Below, in pieces: positions 45,961-55,071 of a stretch of 64,000 nt of DNA. A program made the translations under genes and the position numbers. The notes under the pieces were generated by a model. That model worked only from the letters and a program-made list of their open reading frames with translations, ran no database searches and was not told where the DNA came from. This DNA is from a virus, in the IMG/VR virus record IMGVR_UViG_3300021420_000028, positions 2,570 to 66,569 of that record; one strand, given 5' to 3'. The number at the start of each line of letters is the position of its first letter. The first letter of the stretch is position 1.

Positions 45961-47916
45961 ATGAAAAAAATTCTCGCACTCCTGTTCGCTCTTGGTGCTT
46001 CTCCGGCGTCAGCACAACAACCGGTTGTGCAGTCAGGTTTTGTAACCCCTGGTCACGGCGTTAATTGGATCACCAACGGCGTAGTTGGTGACAGCGGCGC
46101 CCCGAGCGGCGGCGTCGGCCTGGTTGGCAGCTTCGTCATCAACGACATGCTGTGCGCCAGCGCGACCGGCACAAGCATCTCGGTCATCGACTGCGGGTTC
46201 TCGGCGACCGGGACCAACAATTGGGTCGGACTGCAAAATCTGAACGGAGGCGCAACAGCGCCCACGCGACCAGCGAACGATTCGACGACAAACGTCGCCA
46301 CCACCGCCTTCGTCCAGAATTTCGGTGCCGCGCCCGCCAACGTGATGAACTTCGGCGCGAAGTGCGATGGCTCGACCGACGACACGACCGCCATCCAGAC
46401 CGTCCTGAACACCTACAAGTACGTCCTGATCCCGGCGAGCGGCTCTGGGTGCAAGGTATCGACCTTGACGGTAGGCGCTGCCTTTCTAGGGCAAACGCTT
46501 GTCGGTTCCGGTAGCGGCGTATCTTTTCTAACTTCTTCGTCCACCACGGCTGACATTATACAGGTAGTGGCCACAAGCTACGGAGCTATAATCAGGGATT
46601 TTGGGATCAAGCGCTCAGTTACGGCTTCGGCAGGCTGCGGAATCCACTATTTAGGTTATGTGGACGTGCCAGAAATCGTCAACATGGAGATTCAGCAGCA
46701 ATACGTTGGACTCTGCCTGTCCAGCACTGGTTACGGAATTCTTAGAAACAGTTTTATTCACAATAATATCAGCGACAACTGGACAATCAGCAATCCGACT
46801 ATAAACAATCAGTATCAGTGGTATCTCGACACGGTTCTCGGCGAGAGCAGCGGGGGCCGGTGTTCTACGGTGACTGCGCCACCGACTGCGGCTTTAGGCG
46901 CCACTGTAACCATGGGGACGTGGACTAACGTCTTCTGTTTTGCAAACATGGGAAAAGGTAATGCCTTCCTAGGTAATTCTTCAGTTGGAATTTACGGAGT
47001 TAGAATTATTGGTGGGTTTCACGGGACGGATGGAGACGTCGAAGATTATTTCGACACCTATTCCGGGGGAATCCAAATTAATGGCTTGTTTACGGAGCAA
47101 ACGGCTTCTAATAGTTGCATCCAATTTACTTCCAATGTGTCCGACGCGACGCTGACTGGTGTAGTCGCCCGTAGTTGTTCAGCGGCTGGGATCGCCAGTG
47201 CCGCTACGACAATGTTGAACCTTACTGGCGGGGCGCTGATCACGAACGGTACCTACGGCTTGGTCAACACGGGCATTGCCAACCTGACAGGCGTCGAGTT
47301 CAACGCAAATACGGCGGGAACCGTCAGCAACTCCGGCACCTTCACCGGCCGCGGCAATTTTCCGGCAAGCGTCGACACGCTGCTCGGTCTCGCTCAAGGC
47401 GGGACGAACGCCAATCTCTCCGCGACCGGCGGCACATCCCAGGTTCTCAAGCAGGTTTCGACCGGCGGCGCAGTCACAGTCGGCCAGCTTCAGTGTACCG
47501 ATCTCTCGACCGCTGGTACCGCCTGCACGGCCAACACGGGGACTTCTGGTGCCACCGTGCCCCTGCTCAACGGCAATAACACGAACAGCGGCCTGAACAC
47601 GTTTTCCGGACAGATCGTCTCGACTTTCGGTACTCCCACGATCGCTTCGGGCGCGTGCGGAACTGGAACGAACGGGAGCATTTCCGGCACCAACCAGTCA
47701 GGAAGCATCACAATTGGCGCTTCGGCAACAACGACCTGTACTATTTCATTTTCTACGACTATAACAGCTCCAGGGGCGTGCTTGATCTTTCCCGGCAACG
47801 CGACTGCTGCCGCGACCGGAACGACGGTGGCACGTGTCGGAACGCCCTCGGCAACAGCGTGGGTCGTTACTGGATCCGCACTGGCGAACACCGTATATAG
47901 TTACATCTGTCTGTAA
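45961..47916 (+). CDS. tailspike/depolymerase (pectate lyase 3-like beta-helix) with signal peptide
   Basis: MKKILALLFALGASPASA-QQ; ATTAFV fibre motif; NVMNFGAKCDGSTDDTTAIQ. Confidence 0.85.
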   Translation: MKKILALLFALGASPASAQQPVVQSGFVTPGHGVNWITNGVVGDSGAPSGGVGLVGSFVINDMLCASATGTSISVIDCGFSATGTNNWVGLQNLNGGATAPTRPANDSTTNVATTAFVQNFGAAPANVMNFGAKCDGSTDDTTAIQTVLNTYKYVLIPASGSGCKVSTLTVGAAFLGQTLVGSGSGVSFLTSSSTTADIIQVVATSYGAIIRDFGIKRSVTASAGCGIHYLGYVDVPEIVNMEIQQQYVGLCLSSTGYGILRNSFIHNNISDNWTISNPTINNQYQWYLDTVLGESSGGRCSTVTAPPTAALGATVTMGTWTNVFCFANMGKGNAFLGNSSVGIYGVRIIGGFHGTDGDVEDYFDTYSGGIQINGLFTEQTASNSCIQFTSNVSDATLTGVVARSCSAAGIASAATTMLNLTGGALITNGTYGLVNTGIANLTGVEFNANTAGTVSNSGTFTGRGNFPASVDTLLGLAQGGTNANLSATGGTSQVLKQVSTGGAVTVGQLQCTDLSTAGTACTANTGTSGATVPLLNGNNTNSGLNTFSGQIVSTFGTPTIASGACGTGTNGSISGTNQSGSITIGASATTTCTISFSTTITAPGACLIFPGNATAAATGTTVARVGTPSATAWVVTGSALANTVYSYICL

Positions 47917-47924
47917 GGATAGGC

Positions 47925-48188
47925 ATGAGACACAAGCGACGCCTTTTTGTTGGTCCGTACAGCCGTTGGCCGAGAAAACGTGCATATCGCTGGCGCAAAG
48001 CAACTTTATGGAATAGTCTCTCGCGGCATCGTTTTTATGTGGATCATTTGCCTCTCAAGGAGCTGACAAAAAGGACGCTGATGGTGGTGCAAAAGGTGCG
48101 CTATCTCACCGCTCAAGAACAACGAATTTTTAGTTCTGCGCTGCGCCGAAGCGTAAAAGTTGTGCACGTCGGGGCGTTACTTCTGTAA
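47925..48188 (+). CDS. basic hypothetical protein
   Basis: AAGGA RBS; very Arg-rich. Confidence 0.4.
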   Translation: MRHKRRLFVGPYSRWPRKRAYRWRKATLWNSLSRHRFYVDHLPLKELTKRTLMVVQKVRYLTAQEQRIFSSALRRSVKVVHVGALLL

Positions 48189-48222
48189 ACATAATATGAA
48201 CTGACAAAAAGGACAAACAGAA

Positions 48223-48552
48223 ATGAACCCGAATACCTGGATCAGTTTTTTGACTACCACGATCGGCGCTGCTGCCACGGCTTCGGCGACAGATGGATTG
48301 ATCACTGGAAACGCGGCTCAAACAATCATTAGCGTGGCGGGCATAGCGGTTCCCTATCTCTGGGGCCTGTTCATCCACCGGGACAGCAAGGTCGTCCAGA
48401 CGGCGAGCCAAGTGGCGGGCGTCCAACCGATCAAGATCACTACCGACGCTTCACCCGCCCTGCAGAGTATGGCCAAGGATGACTCGATCAAGACCGTCAT
48501 CGAGGCCGCACCGCAGCCCTCCCCCTACGCCACCAGCATACAGAGGCAATAA
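48223..48552 (+). CDS. holin-like membrane protein
   Basis: Two N-terminal hydrophobic segments; upstream of the endolysin. Confidence 0.5.
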   Translation: MNPNTWISFLTTTIGAAATASATDGLITGNAAQTIISVAGIAVPYLWGLFIHRDSKVVQTASQVAGVQPIKITTDASPALQSMAKDDSIKTVIEAAPQPSPYATSIQRQ

Positions 48553-48905
48553 TGGACTGGACATCAATCCTAAACCTGTTCCCCATCGTGGTCCGGCTCG
48601 AGCCCGTCATCGCCAAGTACGGACCGGCCGCGATTGCGCTCTACAAAGCGGACGAGCCGACCGCGCTGCAACTGTTCTCGGATGTGGCGGCTACCGTCGG
48701 CGATTCGAATCCCGTCGCGTGGATCAATCTGGCGATCAAGTGGGGACCGACCTTGGCAACGTTCGTCCAGACCGAGGGTCCAGTAGTGCAGCAGTTCATC
48801 GCGGACGTTAAAGCGGCGATCGGCACCATGCCGGTTCCGTCGATTGCATCGCCCACGGCGCCAGCCCCCGTGTCGTCAGGGTCTATTGTTTTTCCGCCCG
48901 CATGA
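48552..48905 (+). CDS. hypothetical amphipathic-helix protein (lysis module)
   Basis: TAATG-coupled; internal repeat (IAKYGPAAIAL / AIKWGPTLATF). Confidence 0.6.
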   Translation: MDWTSILNLFPIVVRLEPVIAKYGPAAIALYKADEPTALQLFSDVAATVGDSNPVAWINLAIKWGPTLATFVQTEGPVVQQFIADVKAAIGTMPVPSIASPTAPAPVSSGSIVFPPA

Positions 48906-48914
48906 GGCGTCCAC

Positions 48915-50270
48915 ATGACCGTTGACCCCGTTCTGGCCCTACTGATCAGCTCCGTTGTCGGCAACGTTGTACTTGGTCTAGTCGCATGGGCCAGCATTAA
49001 CAAGGCGAGCACTGATCGTGCCCAACCATCCGCACCGGCCGTCCCTAGTGGGCCTCCTGTTGCTTGGCCCCCTGTCATTGTCGCCCCTCCTGTTACTGAG
49101 CCACCCGTCAGTCCCATTCCCCCGGCCCCGCCCGTCAGTCCTCCAGTTGTTATCGCTCCACTCGCTCCACCAACGCCCCCGGTGGTTGTCCCTCCAGTCG
49201 TCCAACCAGCCCCTCCCGCCACCATCCCTGCCGGAACCGACTTCGACCAGTGCCTCGCCCTCGTTCTCAAGTACGAAGGCGGCAACGACGACGATCCCCG
49301 TGACCCTGGCGGCCGGACCTCGCGCGGAATACTCCAAACCGAGTGGGATGCGTGGCGGCAAACGCATTCTGGTCTCCCATCGGATGTCTGGCAGGCGCCA
49401 CAAGACCAGGTAACTGCGATTTATCGGCAGAATTACTGGAACGCGCTCTACTGCGACAGCCTGCCTCCGGGCGTGGACCTCGCCGTGTTCGACTACGGCG
49501 TCAACTCGGGCATCAGCCGCTCGGCGAAGCTATTGCAGACGCTGACCGGTGTGGACGTCGATGGCGAGATCGGCCCCGACACGATTGGCGCAGCAGCAAA
49601 GGCCGATCCCGTCAGTCTCGTAGGCCGGTTCTGTGACGCGCGGCTTGCGTTTCTGCAGGGACTCGGGACGTGGGGAACGTTCGGACGGGGGTGGACGTCG
49701 AGGGTGCAGGACGTGCGCACGCATGCACTCGCGATGGCTTCCGCCGCCCCGCAACCAAAGCTGACGCTCCCCTCCGCGGCGAACATCCCGGCCCCTGCGA
49801 CCGCCGCACCGTGGCTTACGCTGGCCCGCAGCCTCGTCGGGACGCACGCGCAGAACGACAATGCCACCATCATTGGCTGGCCCCAGGCCATCGCGGCGAA
49901 GTACCCCGACATGGCTTCCTATGCCGCGCGCTATGTTCACGACTCGACGCCCTGGTGCGGCGTCTTTGCCGCATATTGCCTGGCGATGAACGGCATCCGC
50001 CCGATCTTCGGTCCGACCGACACCGACAAGTGGATGTGGGCGGACGCATGGAAGAATTTTGGAACTGCGGTTGATGTCCCACAGCCCGGCGACGTGCTAG
50101 TGTTCAGGTGGGCCGGCGGCGGCGAGCACGTGACGTTCTACGATCACGAGGACGACACAGACGACAATTACCATTGCACTGGAGGCAATCAGGGCAGCAG
50201 CCACGTCGTCTCGACCGAGGCGATGCCGATGGGGAACTGCATCGCAATCAGACGGCCGCCGGCTTCGTGA
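48915..50270 (+). CDS. modular endolysin: TM anchor, Pro linker, GH108 muramidase, PG-binding region, NlpC/P60-like (TIGR02594-like) domain
   Basis: EGGNDDDPRDPGGRT, FDYGVNSG, VDGEIGPDT, FGRGWTSR; PWCG..H V.F..GGNQ. Confidence 0.88.
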   Translation: MTVDPVLALLISSVVGNVVLGLVAWASINKASTDRAQPSAPAVPSGPPVAWPPVIVAPPVTEPPVSPIPPAPPVSPPVVIAPLAPPTPPVVVPPVVQPAPPATIPAGTDFDQCLALVLKYEGGNDDDPRDPGGRTSRGILQTEWDAWRQTHSGLPSDVWQAPQDQVTAIYRQNYWNALYCDSLPPGVDLAVFDYGVNSGISRSAKLLQTLTGVDVDGEIGPDTIGAAAKADPVSLVGRFCDARLAFLQGLGTWGTFGRGWTSRVQDVRTHALAMASAAPQPKLTLPSAANIPAPATAAPWLTLARSLVGTHAQNDNATIIGWPQAIAAKYPDMASYAARYVHDSTPWCGVFAAYCLAMNGIRPIFGPTDTDKWMWADAWKNFGTAVDVPQPGDVLVFRWAGGGEHVTFYDHEDDTDDNYHCTGGNQGSSHVVSTEAMPMGNCIAIRRPPAS

Positions 50271-51676
50271 TGGAAACAGCGAGGAAAACCATGACAGCAC
50301 CAGCAAGAACAGTTCCAGCCATTCACGCCTACATAAAGCACCAGGGCGACGGTGCGCACGCCACGGAGGCGCCGTGGACCATGCCGGCTCTTGCCACGCG
50401 GTACAGGTTCCCGACCAATCAAGCAGGCGGGGGCGTAATTGGCATCCTGGAGATGGGCGGCGGCTGGACGGCGTCGGACATGACGTCGTTCTTCGCCTCG
50501 ATCGGACAGCCGGTTCCAAGCATCACCGACATCTCGGTTGACGGGACGACCAATACGCCCGGCAGCGACGACGATTTCGAAGTCGCCTTGGACATTCAAG
50601 TGGCTGCCGCAGCGTATTATGTTGCTACGGGACGAGCTGCTGGCATTCGCGTCTACTGGGCGCAGGACATCGCAACTGCATTGCGTGCAGCGACGAAAGA
50701 TGGCTGCTCTGTGTTTTCAATGTCATGGGGTGCCAACGAGGCGGACTGGAATTCAGGTTCCGGCGCCGGGTCGTGCCTCGACATGCAGGCGGCTGCGCTC
50801 GCGGCGGTGGCGGCTGGGACGGTCCCCTTTGCAGCATCCGGCGACAACGACAGTGACGACGGTGCGCGCAAGGCGGCCGTGGATTGTCCGGCGAGCTGCC
50901 CAAGCGTGGTCGGCTGTGGCGGGACGACACTGACAGTGGGCAGTGAAATCGTCTGGAACAACAATCCGGGCAACAATGACGGCGAGGGGACCGGAGGCGG
51001 ATTCAGCAAAATCTTCCCGATCCAATCATGGCAAAAGGGAGTTCCCGCCGCGCCGTCCGGCCTCGGCCGCATGGTTCCGGATGTCGCGAGCTGCGCCGAC
51101 CCAAACACTGGTATCGAGATATTCTGCCAGGGGTCAGCTACGGTTGTCGGCGGCACGAGTGCTGCGGCGCCGCTGTGGGCCGGCCTGGTCGCCGCTTGCG
51201 GGGTGAGACTGGGCTCGATCGCGCCCAAGTTCTACCTCGCGCCGAGCGCTTTCACGGATATCACTTCGGGCGGAAACGGTTCTTACAATGCCGGACCTGG
51301 ACCGGACCCGTGTACGGGCATGGGCTCCCCGATCGGATCGGCCATCGCGACGATGCTGTCCGGAATCGCTACGAATCCGCCGGGGACGACACCGCCGCCG
51401 GTAACCACATCGCCTCCTGCTCCAGGCGTACCTCCTAGCCATGCCGCTGTCGACGCGGCATATGGAGCGCTCGGCACTGCGCTGGCGGCCTACGAAGCGG
51501 CGGTAGCGGCCTGGGTGGCCGGCAGCGCACAAGCGCGCCCTGTGCCGCCGCGTCCGCCGGAAGCTCCTCCGCAGCGCCCCGAACCGCGTCCAGAGCCGCC
51601 ACAAGGCGGTCCGCAACCTCGTCCGCAGCCGGGAAGACCCGGCGGCAACGATCCGCGCGGCGGCGGACGTAGGTAG
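50270..51676 (+). CDS. S53 sedolisin/kumamolisin-like peptidase lacking the prodomain
   Basis: EVALD (Glu/Asp), SMSWG, ASGD oxyanion Asp, RMVPDVA, GGTSAAAP (Ser), DITSG.NG...G.DPCTGMGSP Ca loop. Confidence 0.9.
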   Translation: METARKTMTAPARTVPAIHAYIKHQGDGAHATEAPWTMPALATRYRFPTNQAGGGVIGILEMGGGWTASDMTSFFASIGQPVPSITDISVDGTTNTPGSDDDFEVALDIQVAAAAYYVATGRAAGIRVYWAQDIATALRAATKDGCSVFSMSWGANEADWNSGSGAGSCLDMQAAALAAVAAGTVPFAASGDNDSDDGARKAAVDCPASCPSVVGCGGTTLTVGSEIVWNNNPGNNDGEGTGGGFSKIFPIQSWQKGVPAAPSGLGRMVPDVASCADPNTGIEIFCQGSATVVGGTSAAAPLWAGLVAACGVRLGSIAPKFYLAPSAFTDITSGGNGSYNAGPGPDPCTGMGSPIGSAIATMLSGIATNPPGTTPPPVTTSPPAPGVPPSHAAVDAAYGALGTALAAYEAAVAAWVAGSAQARPVPPRPPEAPPQRPEPRPEPPQGGPQPRPQPGRPGGNDPRGGGRR

Positions 51677-51677
51677 G

Positions 51678-52121
51678 ATGACCTTGACCGTCCAAGAACT
51701 GATTGAACTGATCGAGGAGCTGATCGCCCTCCTCCGACGCAGGCACTCTCCAAGTGCTATAAAGAACCTCACGGCGGCCTTCAAAAGGAGCAACACCATG
51801 TCAACCGTAACTCTCAATTGGACTCTTCCGACGACTCGCGTGGATGGATCGCCGTTGGCCACGACCGACATCGATCACGTCGATATCTTTGACGTCTCGA
51901 CCGCCGACCCAGCGAGCGAAAAGGTTGCCACGATCCCCGGAGCTGCGACCAGCTTCATCCTGAGCGGCACGTTCACCGTCGGATTTCACAACTACACGGC
52001 AACCGTGACCGACACTCAGGGAAACGTATCCGGACCAAGCAATGTCGCCAGCCTCACGGTCGCGTCGACGCTGTCGCCTCCATCACCCATCGCCGACTTG
52101 ACGGCAGTATTTGCCCAGTAG
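51678..52121 (+). CDS. fibronectin type III-like protein (alternative start 51798)
   Basis: VTLNWTLPTTRVDGSPL...Y.ATV.D..G..S.PSN; internal AAGGAG RBS before ATG 51798. Confidence 0.7.
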   Translation: MTLTVQELIELIEELIALLRRRHSPSAIKNLTAAFKRSNTMSTVTLNWTLPTTRVDGSPLATTDIDHVDIFDVSTADPASEKVATIPGAATSFILSGTFTVGFHNYTATVTDTQGNVSGPSNVASLTVASTLSPPSPIADLTAVFAQ

Positions 52122-52127
52122 TCGCCT

Positions 52128-52289
52128 ATGAAGAAGTGTCCCCGCTGCGGCGCGGAAGTTGTCCGGCGTGTGATGTCGACGGCCAGGTTCTGCAGTGGGA
52201 CATGCCGGCTCGCGTACAACAATGCGAAGCGGTCGAAGCGCACACCGGCGCGCAATAAACGCGCGCACCCAACGCCTGAAAGGAGCTAA
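52128..52289 (+). CDS. Zn-finger peptide, possible homing-endonuclease relic
   Basis: MKKCPRCG...RFCSGTCR; same finger type as 24120 and 30260, no HNH domain. Confidence 0.45.
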   Translation: MKKCPRCGAEVVRRVMSTARFCSGTCRLAYNNAKRSKRTPARNKRAHPTPERS

Positions 52290-52290
52290 A

Positions 52291-52455
52291 ATGCCGATCG
52301 GAATGGTTTTCTGGATGCTCATGATCCTGTGGGTTATCTTCTGGGGATGGACGACTTGGGGGCCTGGCGCGACGTACGCCTGGGGCGGGAGTCTGCTGTT
52401 ATTCGTCCTGCTGTTCCTCCTCGGTTGGCACGACTTTGGTTTCGTGGTGCACTGA
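52291..52455 (+). CDS. small two-TM membrane protein
   Basis: AAGGAG RBS; MPIGMVFWMLMILW...LLFLLGW. Confidence 0.7.
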   Translation: MPIGMVFWMLMILWVIFWGWTTWGPGATYAWGGSLLLFVLLFLLGWHDFGFVVH

Positions 52456-52465
52456 GCGGCGACGG

Positions 52466-52705
52466 ATGACCTTCGCCGATATAGCTAGCCTTATCACCGC
52501 TGTCGCTGCCCTCGGCGGCGTATTCATGGGCTTCCGAAACAGCCGTAAAATTCAGGAAGTTCACCTTTCCATCAACAGCCGAATGGATCAACTTTTATTG
52601 GCGACCAAAGAGTCCGCACACGCGGCTGGCGTGAACGAAGAGAAGGCCAAGAACATTCCCGAGCAAACCATTACGGTGCCGGAGCAGACACTCAAGGTCC
52701 AATAG
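52466..52705 (+). CDS. membrane-anchored small protein
   Basis: N-terminal TM then EVHLSINSRMDQLL helix. Confidence 0.65.
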   Translation: MTFADIASLITAVAALGGVFMGFRNSRKIQEVHLSINSRMDQLLLATKESAHAAGVNEEKAKNIPEQTITVPEQTLKVQ

Positions 52706-52747
52706 TGCCGCAATCCAAACGGCCGGAAATAAAGCGCGAAATGTGAA

Positions 52748-53059
52748 GTGGCTCACACCAGTGACGATCGGCGCGAGGTAGAAGAACAAGCAAGGCGAGG
52801 CGCTTACCTCGTCGCAGGACACACGCCAGAGACCCAACTGGCCCTGATCACTCGCGACATGGAGCACCTGATCAAAAAGGTGCACAAAACGGAAGACGAA
52901 AATGAAAAGCTCAGGCAGCGCCAGGACGCGCTGGAGAAGGCGTTCGACAATTTGATCGTCCGCGGGACGACTGCCTTCGCCCTGGTAGTGGCCGCTGGAG
53001 TGTTTCTAGGATGGTTGGCATCGTTCATCAAGGACGCCCGCAACCTTATTGGGCGTTGA
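52748..53059 (+). CDS. coiled-coil protein with C-terminal TM
   Basis: Heptad repeat then AFALVVAAGVFLGWL. Confidence 0.6.
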   Translation: MAHTSDDRREVEEQARRGAYLVAGHTPETQLALITRDMEHLIKKVHKTEDENEKLRQRQDALEKAFDNLIVRGTTAFALVVAAGVFLGWLASFIKDARNLIGR

Positions 53060-53122
53060 CATGGCGCCAAAGGATAGCCGTGTTCTCGATGTGCCTCGGG
53101 CTTGGCCTCGCAACCGCGTTCC

Positions 53123-53440
53123 TCACTTTTCAGGTTTTGGCGTGCCGGTAGCGTCCTGGAGGGCGGCGCGGGCTTTCGCGAGGGCCGTGCGGGCGTCATC
53201 GAACACGCTCTGCCCGTCACCGTCTGATGCGTCGGGCACGCACTGGTAATCGGTAATCAGCCGATCCAAGGTCGGGATCATGCTCAAGATTGCCTCCGCC
53301 CATGCGGCAAGCTTGATGTCGATCTGCTTTGCCTTTATTTCCCAATTCTCAGCGATCTCTCGCATGTCGGCGAGTTCGGCGCGGAGACGGGCGATTTCGT
53401 CATCCTTATCCGCCTGATCCGTGTGATAGTTGCCCATCAT
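53123..53440 (-). CDS. hypothetical coiled-coil protein
   Basis: AAGGAG RBS; DEIARLRAEL. Confidence 0.6.
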   Translation of the reverse strand: MMGNYHTDQADKDDEIARLRAELADMREIAENWEIKAKQIDIKLAAWAEAILSMIPTLDRLITDYQCVPDASDGDGQSVFDDARTALAKARAALQDATGTPKPEK

Positions 53441-53522
53441 CCCTCTCCTTGCGTTCCCTGGCGGCGAAAGGCCCACCGGTATCAGCGGTGGGCCTTGCTT
53501 CCGCAGCCCGCTATCTGCGAGC

Positions 53523-54629
53523 TCAACCAAATACCGATTTGATTGCGGCCTCCAGCTGCGAATTTGGAGCAACCGCGGGCGCCATGCCGAACTGGCCATT
53601 AGGCGCTTGTCCGCCTTCGGCGGGCTGCCTGAACGGGGCGACGGGATTACCTGTTACTGCAGCCGGATCAACTTTCGGTGGGCGGCCGCGGCGGCGCGTA
53701 GGCGCCCCAGTAGATGCCGGCACCTCTGCATTTGCCGCAGACGGTGCCGACGGCGGGATTACTGTACCCGCAGCCGCAACATTGGTCGCAGATAAAGGGC
53801 TAGTTGTCTCCACAGGTACAGACGCGGGTGACGACGCAATATGAGCAGGGGGGGCGCCCAGTGCCAAAGGGGATTGGTCGCCCGTGGACTGCACAGCGAC
53901 CGCCAAAACGCGCGGCTTGTCGCCCCGGCCGACCAGGGCGTCCGTCTTCTTGGCGAGCAGCACCTCGTTGCGCTGCTTGGCGGTCACTTCGTCAATGAAG
54001 CCCAGCCCGGAGAACGTAAGCGTGCCGATGCCGCCCGGTTCGAATGAGATACGCGTGACGACGTCTCGCACCGTGAACGCGTGCCCCTTGAACTTGTTAT
54101 TGTAAGCCCGCAAATTTTCCAGAGAATTGGGCGGCACCCGCAGCAGAAATTCGACATCGTCGCCGGGAATCAGGAGCGCCAGCTTCTGGTACTTTCCGCA
54201 TGCGGGGACGCCTTTCCCGGTGACCTTGGATGTCGCCGAGCCCCACACCGCCAGCTTGCAGCCGTTGACGCCGGTAGGATCCGCTGCGCAGGAGACGGCT
54301 TGCGGCTCGCTGCAATTGACGCTCGGGGCCACACCATTGTCCGACCAGCATTTAGGCGGGCTGTACGACTGCGCGCCGGGATCGAACGCCTGTCCAAAAT
54401 AAATCTTGGAGGGGTGATCTCCGGCGTCGATAATGACGCAGTCGAGATACGGCACCCCCGTCTTCGGGTCGACGGTCACCACGGGTTCGGTGTCGCCGAC
54501 CGAGTCGATCAAGGTGAAGCGCTGGCCTTGAATCGACACGTAGGGAGGCGTCCCGGTGCCGAGATTGGCGCCCAGGCGATCGGTAAAGTCGGGGAGGCCG
54601 GTGTTTTTAAGATATTCAGGCAAGTTCAC
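53523..54629 (-). CDS. putative ssDNA-binding/annealing protein
   Basis: Beta-rich core with Cys motifs (CWSDNG, C...C..WGS, GVPAC), low-complexity tail; in the replication module; AGGAG RBS. Confidence 0.55.
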   Translation of the reverse strand: MNLPEYLKNTGLPDFTDRLGANLGTGTPPYVSIQGQRFTLIDSVGDTEPVVTVDPKTGVPYLDCVIIDAGDHPSKIYFGQAFDPGAQSYSPPKCWSDNGVAPSVNCSEPQAVSCAADPTGVNGCKLAVWGSATSKVTGKGVPACGKYQKLALLIPGDDVEFLLRVPPNSLENLRAYNNKFKGHAFTVRDVVTRISFEPGGIGTLTFSGLGFIDEVTAKQRNEVLLAKKTDALVGRGDKPRVLAVAVQSTGDQSPLALGAPPAHIASSPASVPVETTSPLSATNVAAAGTVIPPSAPSAANAEVPASTGAPTRRRGRPPKVDPAAVTGNPVAPFRQPAEGGQAPNGQFGMAPAVAPNSQLEAAIKSVFG

Positions 54630-54906
54630 GATATGACTCCTTTTTTAGGTTTCGTTTTCGGATAAAACGCATTCGATCTCTAGCACGTTCACAGATTGCG
54701 ATCCCCCGACTTGCGCAGCTCTTCCGCAGCGCGCCGCCTAGGCTTAACTCTGACCTGTCTGCTGCCCTCCGGCACCAAACGACACCCCGGTCTCAGAGCC
54801 CGGAGCACCAGCTCCTGGTACCTCTGGAGTTTCGGGCTCCGGCAGTTCATCGTCGGCCGCTTCGACTCGTCGCATTCGAAGACGAGGTCGCCATTTTGAC
54901 GGTCGA

Positions 54907-55059
54907 TCATTTGCGGCGATCCGAGTCTGTTTTTCCGTAACGCCCGTATTCATGTTTTCGTTCGTCAAATTCGCTGCGCTCCTCAACCGAGACCCACTCT
55001 CCGTCGACGAACTCTTCGAGCACTCGCTCTCCATCAAGCTTTACATACCACCGCATCAT
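54907..55059 (-). CDS. hypothetical protein (50 aa)
   Basis: MMRWYVKLDGERVLEEFVDGEW...; GAGG RBS; stop overlaps the duplicated start (ATGA). Confidence 0.5.
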   Translation of the reverse strand: MMRWYVKLDGERVLEEFVDGEWVSVEERSEFDERKHEYGRYGKTDSDRRK

Positions 55060-55071
55060 GAGCGCCTCACG

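Noticed and set aside
53056-53061. TTGACA at the end of the late operon, in a context like 15556
   Set aside because: No palindrome, no convincing -10 and no credible downstream + strand gene.
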